Source of the DNA: an uncultured Lachnospiraceae bacterium
GTDB lineage: Bacteria > Bacillota > Clostridia > Lachnospirales > Lachnospiraceae
Assembly (NCBI GenBank): GCA_947246015.1
Contig: CAMXQE010000007.1
Location: 16,171 to 80,170, forward strand
Direction: 5' to 3'
Length of the DNA: 64,000 bases
Positions 50,390 through 58,286 of this stretch are shown here, piece after piece. Each line of letters begins with the position of its first letter. The first letter of the stretch is position 1. The translations under genes were made by a program, and so were the position numbers. The notes under the pieces were generated by a model. The model was not told where the DNA came from, did not search any database, and was given only the letters and a program-made list of their open reading frames with translations.

Positions 50390-52323
50390 AGGTAAATTAT
50401 AAAAGGAAGAAAGATGTAAAATTTGTCAATCCATATACATTTGTACCGGTTTCAAAAAAGGAACCTGTAAAGAGAAGTACGCTTGAACCGGCAGAATCCG
50501 GCAAGCTGCATACAGGAGTTCTCCGGTGCAGGCTTTATGTCCGGACGCCGCTTGGAATACCTGATGCGGAGCGGGAAAAAACGGATGGGAGCGGACATAA
50601 GAAATATCCCTTTTTTTCCTATGAGGAGAATGGAAAACCGGTTCCGGTAATTCCGGGAAGCTCTTTAAGGGGAAGCATTCGTTCTGTATTTGAAACAGCT
50701 GCGGATTCCTGCTTTTCGACACTACGGGAGAATACAGGGTTATCCAGGCGTGTGGACAACCGAAAGGCTTATAAGCCTGGAATCCTTAAATGGGAGAAGG
50801 AAGGCTGGCATCTTTATCAGGCGGAACGTTATCTGTTGGCAGTGAAACCGGAAGAGGATGACCGGAAGAGGAGCTATACAGAATATAGAGAACTGCCTGC
50901 GGATGCATATGTCCATATGATTCGGAGAGAAGATGGACGGAGAGCTGCCATGAACAGGGAGAGAGAAGAACTGCGGTTCGGAGATTTGGTGGAATTCCAG
51001 CCTTACACACAGGGGAACGGTGTTTATAAGAAAAACGGTTTTCAGGTTTGGAAAGGCGTTGCCAGAAGCGTGAGAAAGAAACAGGAGGGAACAGGGCATC
51101 CGGCAGGCAGGGAGTATGGGCTGGTCTATATAGGAGAGACTTTTGCGAAAAAAAAGCATGGGGAAAGTATCTTTGTGATGGGGAAGGAAGTAAAGGAATT
51201 GACGGCGGGACAGGTGAAAAAGGCATATGAGGGCTTGCTTGAGAGCCTGGAGATATACCGGAATCCTGCTGTAAACCGCAGTGAGGGACACAGTGGATAT
51301 AAGGATTTTGAACATGCGAAAAAGGAGAGAGGAATCCCGGTCTGGTATTCTGCGGAAGAAAAGAAGCTTTCACTGGCCTCAATAGGAAGGACTTTTTATA
51401 ACACCAGTCTGAATGAGCTGGCAGGAGAAAGAAAACCCTGCATAAACAGGAAAAAGCTTTGTGAAGCCTGTACTCTTTTTGGTATGGCAGGAGAAGAAAG
51501 TCTGGGAAGCAGGATTCGGATTACGGATGCAAAGGCTCAGGAAGGGTATCAGTTAAGATGGGAGACATTAAAAATACTGGGACAGCCCCGTTATTCTTAT
51601 CTGCCCTTTTATGCCAAATCTGCTTCGGGCATTCCGAATTCTTATGATGACCCAATGGTTGAGATAGCGGGAAGAAAATTTTACTGGCATAACATGGAAG
51701 CGGCAAAGGACAGCAGGATTTATGCGGCTGGGGAGAAAAATCAAATGAATAATACGCTGGAGCTTGTGATGCCGGGGGCGGAATTTTCTTTCGAAGTCTA
51801 TTATGACGGTATTACGCAGGAACAGCTTCAGAAGCTTATGTGGTGTATTCATTTCGGAGAAAATAAAAAGGATGGGAATCTGTGCGGCAGGCTTGGTCAT
51901 GGGAAGCCGCTCGGGCTTGGAAGCGTCAAAATGGTGATAGAAGAAAAGGAAGAGAGAATTTTTGAGGAAGGAGTTTACAGATGGGAACGGGAAGTATCGC
52001 TTGGGGAAGGGGCAGAGCCTGAATTAAAAAATAAGAAGGAATTAAAGCGGGTGATGGATTTCCGCGGGCCGGGTGGAAAAATACCGATTCAATATCCATA
52101 TATCTGTGATGAATATGGAAAGGAGCTTTCGGAGTCCGGTAAGAATGAGAATGCAAGGCATGTGTGGTATTTGAAGAACAAAGAGTCCAAAAGGGAAAAA
52201 GATGACCCTTCAGAGCTTTTGCCTGATATTATGGCAAAAAATCAGACACTGCATCCTTATCAGAAGATGCAGGGGAACAGTCAATACAATAATTATGGCA
52301 ACAATGGATTAAAAAGGAGATAG
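50386..52323 (+). CDS. Cas7 with large insertion (TIGR03986-like RAMP)
   Basis: FVNPYTFVP, IPGSSLRGSIRSVFE, LCEACTLFG, GRKFYWH, LGHGKPLGLGS. Confidence 0.9.
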   Translation: MKVNYKRKKDVKFVNPYTFVPVSKKEPVKRSTLEPAESGKLHTGVLRCRLYVRTPLGIPDAEREKTDGSGHKKYPFFSYEENGKPVPVIPGSSLRGSIRSVFETAADSCFSTLRENTGLSRRVDNRKAYKPGILKWEKEGWHLYQAERYLLAVKPEEDDRKRSYTEYRELPADAYVHMIRREDGRRAAMNREREELRFGDLVEFQPYTQGNGVYKKNGFQVWKGVARSVRKKQEGTGHPAGREYGLVYIGETFAKKKHGESIFVMGKEVKELTAGQVKKAYEGLLESLEIYRNPAVNRSEGHSGYKDFEHAKKERGIPVWYSAEEKKLSLASIGRTFYNTSLNELAGERKPCINRKKLCEACTLFGMAGEESLGSRIRITDAKAQEGYQLRWETLKILGQPRYSYLPFYAKSASGIPNSYDDPMVEIAGRKFYWHNMEAAKDSRIYAAGEKNQMNNTLELVMPGAEFSFEVYYDGITQEQLQKLMWCIHFGENKKDGNLCGRLGHGKPLGLGSVKMVIEEKEERIFEEGVYRWEREVSLGEGAEPELKNKKELKRVMDFRGPGGKIPIQYPYICDEYGKELSESGKNENARHVWYLKNKESKREKDDPSELLPDIMAKNQTLHPYQKMQGNSQYNNYGNNGLKRR

Positions 52324-52326
52324 TTT

Positions 52327-52932
52327 ATGAAAAAGATGTATATTACGAATGTTTCTCTTCAGGGAAAGGGTGAACTGCTGAAGTTTCTGTATGAACCGAA
52401 CGGTTTTGAAATGAAAAATAACCGGGAGACCAGTTTCCCAATCATACCGGTGATTGCATCCCGGCAGGAGAAAGGGGATGAGATTAAGGTGCTGGCGATT
52501 CGGTCCAATCATGCGGACACGCCGGATAACTATGCAGTATTTCTGCAGGAACTGAGTACACTCGGAATTTCGGAAGAACAGGTAAAAGAGATAAATATAG
52601 CGGAAAACCAAAGCAGTTCAGAGAGCCTGAAGTTGTTGATGACAGTGCTGGAAGAAATTCCGGAGAAATCTTTGGTCTATGGGGACATTACTTACGGAAC
52701 AAAGCCTATGGCGGCAATTTTGCTGTATGCAATGAGTTTTGCGGAGAAAATGAGAAATTGTGAGGTGGACGGAATCTATTATGGGGAAATCCGGAGAGAG
52801 GATAAAAAAGTAACGGGAGCATTGCTCTATGATTTAACAGTGCTAAAACTGTTAGGCGATTTAATTGATGAGATGAAGGATATGGGAATCCGTGGAATGA
52901 GGGAAGTGATTCATGGATTGATAGGGGAGTAA
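52327..52932 (+). CDS. Stand-alone CARF protein (TM1812 family)
   Basis: VYGDITYGTKP CARF motif, FPIIPVI, IYYG, LYDLT; no effector domain. Confidence 0.8.
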   Translation: MKKMYITNVSLQGKGELLKFLYEPNGFEMKNNRETSFPIIPVIASRQEKGDEIKVLAIRSNHADTPDNYAVFLQELSTLGISEEQVKEINIAENQSSSESLKLLMTVLEEIPEKSLVYGDITYGTKPMAAILLYAMSFAEKMRNCEVDGIYYGEIRREDKKVTGALLYDLTVLKLLGDLIDEMKDMGIRGMREVIHGLIGE

Positions 52933-52947
52933 GACGGAGGATAAGCG

Positions 52948-54141
52948 ATGGATGAAACATACAATTTGGAAAGAAAGCAACTTGCTGAGGAATTTGAGGC
53001 TGCGCACGGTGTTTTCCTGGAAGAACTGAGACATATGCCGACAAATAACAAAGAAGAGAGACGGAAATTTTTTGACAGGTATGACCGAAAAGAGAACTTT
53101 GATATTGAGTTAATGGAAGTGTACCGTCATGGAGCTTATTATAAGATAAAAGCGCGTTTGGAGAAATCTTCGGAAAGTTTTCATGCAGATTCGAATATGG
53201 CTGTTCTGGGGAGAAAGGAAATAGATACGCTTGTGTTTGTGGAGGCCAGAAATGAGGCAATAGAAACTTATGTGGGAGTGAATAAAAAGGGAGACGTTTA
53301 TGGGTTTGTCGCATGCGTAGGGACGCTGTATAAGCAGAGGGCCGGTAAGGCGTCAGGAGAAAATAAATTGCAAAGCAAGGGGATATCAGACCAGGGGATA
53401 CCAAAACGGAATTTGTCGAGAGATTTCAGGCTGATAAAGATGGCTAAAAGAATATTGGAAAAAAGTTTCTACAGGATTTCTAAGGAAGAGGCGTTGGAAC
53501 GGGCTATCAAAGAGGTTTCATGCAACTATACAAAGAAGGAGATGGAGCTGGTGCGGGCACTGTTTTTTCCGGAGAAAATGGTGATTTCCATGGATGTGCC
53601 GCTGGGAACAGAGGATGGGAATACAGGCGATACTTTGGGAACACGACAGGCAGATAAGGAAGATTATTTTGAGTCAGTACTTGACAGGGAATCGGGGAGT
53701 TCTTTGTTAGTGGCTTTTTGCCAAAAGATTGAAGAAAGATGGGAAATTATTACATCTGCCAAGGGTCTGAATGAGCAGGAGTTTTTTAGGGCATTTTTTA
53801 CACAGGGGATTTTAAAAGAACTGAAGCTGGATAAAAGTGAGGAACCATGGAAGCCGTATATAGAAGAGCCTGCGGGAGACGAAGAATTTTATCAGTTACT
53901 GAAACCAAGGGGGGATTTTCTATATGACAAAATGTTTTATAAGAAATATTTGTGGGAGGCTTTCGTAAAAGAACCTGGAGATTTTTATAGTGTTTACGCA
54001 TGGCTTCTGCGAAAGGATTTTGAGTTTACGGACAAGGTGTTAGCTGATGTGATGGATAAGGACAAAACGGTTATTTCAAAGAAAAAGAAAGATTATTTGA
54101 AATGGATGAAGGCGATTTATGATTATTACCGAAATAGTTAG
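52948..54141 (+). CDS. Hypothetical protein resembling a sigma-70-family (group 3-like) sigma factor
   Basis: Region 2-like EAIETY..KKG..YGFVACVGTLYKQR..GIPKR; region 3.2-like VISMDVPLGTEDG.TGDTLG; region 4.2 HTH-like FTDKVLADVMDKDKTVISKKKKDYLK. Confidence 0.6.
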   Translation: MDETYNLERKQLAEEFEAAHGVFLEELRHMPTNNKEERRKFFDRYDRKENFDIELMEVYRHGAYYKIKARLEKSSESFHADSNMAVLGRKEIDTLVFVEARNEAIETYVGVNKKGDVYGFVACVGTLYKQRAGKASGENKLQSKGISDQGIPKRNLSRDFRLIKMAKRILEKSFYRISKEEALERAIKEVSCNYTKKEMELVRALFFPEKMVISMDVPLGTEDGNTGDTLGTRQADKEDYFESVLDRESGSSLLVAFCQKIEERWEIITSAKGLNEQEFFRAFFTQGILKELKLDKSEEPWKPYIEEPAGDEEFYQLLKPRGDFLYDKMFYKKYLWEAFVKEPGDFYSVYAWLLRKDFEFTDKVLADVMDKDKTVISKKKKDYLKWMKAIYDYYRNS

Positions 54142-54161
54142 TTTCAGAAAAGTTTATGCAA

Positions 54162-54192
54162 TCAGAACCATCCGTTGGACGGGTGGTTCTGA
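54162..54192 (+). terminator. Stem-loop after the cas operon
   Basis: TCAGAACCATCCGT-TGG-ACGGGTGGTTCTGA; no strong T-tract. Confidence 0.5.
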
Positions 54193-54272
54193 AGATGAAA
54201 AAGAGATGAAAAATTATAGTCGGGACGGAGTGGGAATTCATGTGTTTGATATGTTTATGTGGTAAATTAATA

Positions 54273-54436
54273 TTGAAAAGATTATGGTGATTTGATATAA
54301 TAACATTTGTAAATATGAACAAATTGTTAACAAGGCAATTTTGTGGTAAAAAAAGGTAATTGTCAGAATATTCTGTGAATTACACGTAAAAATGGGTTCG
54401 GGAATGCCCTGTTTATCAGGCTTTTCAGACCATACC
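54273..54436 (+). promoter_or_regulatory. CRISPR leader 2 with sigma-A promoter
   Basis: TTGAAA-17-TATAAT with extended TG (54273-54301); paralog of leader 1. Confidence 0.85.
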
Positions 54437-54690
54437 GTAGAAATGAGATAAGCCCGTATGAGGGCATTGAAACCTATTTCCCCTCGCACATTTTGAGCTT
54501 TGATTATGGTAGAAATGAGATAAGCCCGTATGAGGGCATTGAAACAGGTCGTTTACCGGGTATCTCCAGCTTCTTACGCTGTAGAAATGAGATAAGCCCG
54601 TATGAGGGCATTGAAACACTACTCCCTTTACTGTATTGGGATAACCTGGATGTGTAAAAATGAGATAAGCCCGTATGAGGGCATTGAAAA
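54437..54690 (+). CRISPR. CRISPR array 2: 4 repeats (37 bp), 3 spacers (35, 35, 36 nt)
   Basis: GTAGAAATGAGATAAGCCCGTATGAGGGCATTGAAAC at 54437, 54509, 54581 and a 2-SNP terminal copy at 54654. Confidence 0.97.
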
Positions 54691-54836
54691 TACCAAAGCT
54701 TTTAGATAGTAGGATTGAATTTCTATAATTCTTTTTTAGTTCTATAATTTAGATTGGATTATAAGTCGCAGAAGAAATATGCTTTTCCTGACATGGTTGT
54801 TTGACTGCATAGGTGTCATGCATATAAGAGATTTTT

Positions 54837-55358
54837 ATGATAACAATATACGTGAAAGACATAAATCACATTTCACAAAAGTTATATGATGATGTTATTG
54901 CTATGGTGAATATTCGTAAGTTAACATGTACATGCGGTAATTGTAGGTGTTTTATCCAGCATGGCAGTTACAATCGGACAGTGAAAACTTCTAATGGAGC
55001 GGTTCGGCTTCGTATTAATCGTGTGAAATGCACTATCTGTGGGTGTACTCATGCCCTTCTTCTTTCATCAATTATTCCTTATTCCCAAATATCTTTAAAA
55101 GATCAGATGGATATTATAAATTGTTATGAAAATCAGTCTGGTTATGATAGAATTTTTGAGTCTGTCTTTTCCATAGATGAGAGTAATGTACATTCTGTCA
55201 TTCTGCGTTATTGCAGATATTGGAAACCGCATATTCTATCGCATGGCATTTCTGTATTTTCAATTGAATTACTCTTAAAATATTGTTTCTCTATTTTTCA
55301 AAAACAGTTTATACAGATTAAGAGTACATCAAACAGACTTTTCATGTTTCCCACATAA
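54837..55358 (+). CDS. DUF6431-like zinc-ribbon/HTH protein (transposase-associated), low GC
   Basis: CTCG...HGSYNRTV...RVKCTICGCTHALL..IIPYSQ. Confidence 0.65.
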   Translation: MITIYVKDINHISQKLYDDVIAMVNIRKLTCTCGNCRCFIQHGSYNRTVKTSNGAVRLRINRVKCTICGCTHALLLSSIIPYSQISLKDQMDIINCYENQSGYDRIFESVFSIDESNVHSVILRYCRYWKPHILSHGISVFSIELLLKYCFSIFQKQFIQIKSTSNRLFMFPT

Positions 55359-55451
55359 CAATACTGGATATCGGGTTTCGCTCTCTATATACTGGATTCT
55401 GTAAACTTAAATTATGTAACTTGTGAATGCAAAATATGGAGGAAAGTATCT

Positions 55452-55600
55452 GATGAACGAAAAGGAGATAAAAGCCGGTGCAGATGAACTGAGTGTAATG
55501 ACTGAAAAGTGGATGCGGTTAGAAAGAAAGACACTAAAGCAAAGGGAAGCAGCAGAACAATTCTATGAAAAGAAATTATTAAAACTCATTGAGAATGATT
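55452..55600 (+). pseudogene. Truncated N-terminus of a probable CRISPR-associated CARF protein (TIGR02710-like)
   Basis: RBS GGAGG; TEKWMRLERKT.KQRE.AEQFYEKKL..LIE.D recalls the N-terminus of Lachnospiraceae TIGR02710-family proteins, then similarity ends. Confidence 0.45.
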
Positions 55601-55714
55601 CTTTGCAAGGGTTGTTGTATGGCTGCTTTTCAGAATCCCTTGCCTATTGCAGCAGGTAGGGGATTTTCACGCCGTTTCCGTTGCAGCAGTACAGCGGTTT
55701 TTCGAAAATTTCTA

Positions 55715-55860
55715 TTGAAAAAATGAGAAAATGGCCTATAATATGCTTAACAGGACAGCCGGAAGGTGAGTACCAGTCACCCGACCCGGCGAAAAAACTT
55801 TAAGACTTTAAGAAATAGCCGTCAGTCTTGCCAAAGAACAGGACGGCTATTTCTTATTTT
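55715..55860 (+). ncRNA. Putative small RNA resembling a type I antitoxin RNA, with its own promoter and terminator
   Basis: TTGAAA-16-TATAAT; GC-rich stem GCCGG...CCGGC; 15-bp stem TAAGAAATAGCCGTC/GACGGCTATTTCTTA. Confidence 0.5.
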
Positions 55861-55878
55861 TCAAATTCAGAATTGCGA

Positions 55879-57840
55879 TTATTCGCTTATGACTAAAACA
55901 TTATCCCCTAATACCCTGTAATTAGAAACCGGATTGCCCGTGCAGATAACGGCCTGCAGTCCTCCCGATCCGGAAAGGGGAGTTAAATCCGTCACGAAGT
56001 TATCCGAGAGGTCGATATATTCCAATGCGGGCAGATTTTCTGCAAAATGGATATCCGTCAGCTCATTATCTGCTATGCTCAAAACGCTGAGAGAAGGGAA
56101 ATGGGCGAGGAAATCCGTATGTTCATTTAAGACCACATCATCCCAATACACGGAATAGAAACCGTCGCTTCCGTAAACTTCAGCATTTTCATAGAGCAGA
56201 AGCCCGTCCATATACAATTCTTCCAAAGACGGATTATCCTTTAACCGGTCAAAAGCAATTTCACATTCCATGCCGCTGATATCCAGACTGCGCAGGGTAG
56301 GGATGGAAAAAATAGCGGAGATATCGTCATAGGTCGTTACCCCTTGCAGGGAAAGCGTTTTTAATGCCGGGAAATGGGTAATAAAATCCAAGGACTGTCC
56401 TCTTCCGATGTTCGTGCTCAGGGAAAGTTCCTCCATGTTTGTCAGGTTTGCCAGGGATGTGCTTTCCTTCAGTTCACAGCCTGTCAGGTGAAGGGAAACC
56501 AGTTCCGTCATTCCGGACAGGAAAGAGCAGTCCTGAAACTGTGAAAGCCCCAGTTTTTTCAGCTGTGTCATACCGCTGAGGTCGGGCTGCGGGCAGTTAT
56601 AGGGAAGTTCTATGTACAGTTCCTTTAAGCCGGTAAGGCTTTCCAGGGCCGTCATGTTTTTCAGGTTATCACAGTCTTCCAGCATCAGTGTTTCCAACTG
56701 TGTCCGTTCCTCTAAACCGTCCAGCGTCAATAATGCGGCATCTGCTATCCGCAGGCTTTTCAGACTTTTCATGCCGGAGAGGAAATCCAGTGACTTCAGG
56801 TTTTCCGAATCGATATCCAGCTCTTCCAGCGAATCCATGACACGGAAGACGGAGAAATCGTTTATGCCGTCACAGCTTTCGAGAGTCAGGGATTTCAAGG
56901 AGGGCAGACTTACAATCTTGCTAAAATCCGTAAGGCTGTATCCGTCAATGTACAGAGACTCCAGGTTCGGGAACTGCTCCAGCCCGTCCAGACTCTCCAC
57001 GCCGGAATTCAGCCGGATTTCTTTTAGCTGTGAGGTATCCGTCAGAAGCTCTGCCATCTCAGCGGGAGAAGATGCATAGCAGCCGATACTGTTCAGGGAG
57101 AGTCCTGCCAGACTGTTTTTTCCTATGGAAAGCGATGTATTCAGCTTTTTTAGTCCGGTAAAGCGGTTCAGACATTCCTTCCCGGTCGGTATATCCCTGG
57201 AAAATGACAGCCATGTCAGCTCTGCATCTTCATCTTCAAAGGGATTGGAAAAACTGTATCCGACGAGAAAATAGTCCCAATCGTAATCCGTTTCAATCCA
57301 TTGGATTTTGGCAAGTTCACCGTCCGTAATTTCATCGGACGGTTTGCCGAACACGGCTTCCGCCATTGCGCCGATGGCGCCTGTGAGGGACGTTTCCGTT
57401 TCTGCATCGGAAGAACCGAGCATGGCGTCTATCTCTGCGGTGATGTCCCGTGCGGTTTCGGATTCGGTTTCTTTTATATTCTCCCTAATACTTTCCCTGA
57501 TACTGTCTTCAGCTGTCAGCTTTGATGCGGGGGACTGGTTGTGCTCCATCTGCCATCGGCTATAGATGCCTTTGGCATTGAGGGCAAGTATGAGGACAAC
57601 ACCGATGATTCCAAGGGCAAGCCCCCTCTTCCATCCGTAAGGTTCCCAGCCGGTCTGCTTTTGTACCGGTGGTTTCTGGGGAACCTCATAATGAATCCGT
57701 CCGGTCAGGGTGGCCTCTTCGTGCTCCCATTCCAATGCAAAGGAAGTATTGCAGTATTCGCATACGGCAAAGTTCTTATTCTCCTTGTCAATTTTTAAAT
57801 CACCGCCGCAGGCGGGGCATTTTAATTCCGTGATTTTCAT
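55879..57840 (-). CDS. Leucine-rich-repeat membrane protein with N-terminal zinc ribbon
   Basis: CPACGG...CEYC, one TM, many LxxLxxLxL repeats; RBS AAGGAG before ATG 57840. Confidence 0.85.
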   Translation of the reverse strand: MKITELKCPACGGDLKIDKENKNFAVCEYCNTSFALEWEHEEATLTGRIHYEVPQKPPVQKQTGWEPYGWKRGLALGIIGVVLILALNAKGIYSRWQMEHNQSPASKLTAEDSIRESIRENIKETESETARDITAEIDAMLGSSDAETETSLTGAIGAMAEAVFGKPSDEITDGELAKIQWIETDYDWDYFLVGYSFSNPFEDEDAELTWLSFSRDIPTGKECLNRFTGLKKLNTSLSIGKNSLAGLSLNSIGCYASSPAEMAELLTDTSQLKEIRLNSGVESLDGLEQFPNLESLYIDGYSLTDFSKIVSLPSLKSLTLESCDGINDFSVFRVMDSLEELDIDSENLKSLDFLSGMKSLKSLRIADAALLTLDGLEERTQLETLMLEDCDNLKNMTALESLTGLKELYIELPYNCPQPDLSGMTQLKKLGLSQFQDCSFLSGMTELVSLHLTGCELKESTSLANLTNMEELSLSTNIGRGQSLDFITHFPALKTLSLQGVTTYDDISAIFSIPTLRSLDISGMECEIAFDRLKDNPSLEELYMDGLLLYENAEVYGSDGFYSVYWDDVVLNEHTDFLAHFPSLSVLSIADNELTDIHFAENLPALEYIDLSDNFVTDLTPLSGSGGLQAVICTGNPVSNYRVLGDNVLVISE

Positions 57841-57982
57841 TTTGCAGTCAGACTCCTTTTTTATCTGCGGGCTGCAGATATTTTCAATGCGATACATACG
57901 ATACCAATATTCTACCCTTTGACAGAGAATTTGTACAGAGGTTTTCCAAAGACGTTTGGTAAAGGACAAAGGGCTTGTCCTC

Positions 57983-58174
57983 CAATGTCATTAACTTAAG
58001 CGTCACAACGCCCCGGCGAAGCATAAGTCCCATTCAGACACGCTTTCGCTCGACGTCAAACGCAGCGGTACTAAGGCGCTAAAAAACAGCGCCTAAGAAC
58101 CGGCGTTTTCCCACGGTCTGAATTGGAATCTTATGTTTCACCAAAGCATTGTGACGCTTAAGTTAATGACATTG
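57983..58174. mobile_element. MITE (non-autonomous, IS4-like) with 26-bp TIRs and 10-bp TSD
   Basis: TIR CAATGTCATTAACTTAAGCGTCACAA and its perfect reverse complement; GCTTGTCCTC duplicated at 57973-57982 and 58175-58184. Confidence 0.9.
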
Positions 58175-58286
58175 GCTTGTCCTCCCGTCCTCTTTCGCAC
58201 CCCTGTGCATAAAAAAGCCCGTCCGCAAAAAAAGTGGACAGGATTTTTTCTTTTGCCGTCGTGCGGCAAGTTGTGATTTTATATTT

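Noticed and set aside
57841-57969. N-terminal extension of the LRR ORF to 696 aa
   Set aside because: The RBS and zinc-ribbon start indicate ATG 57840.
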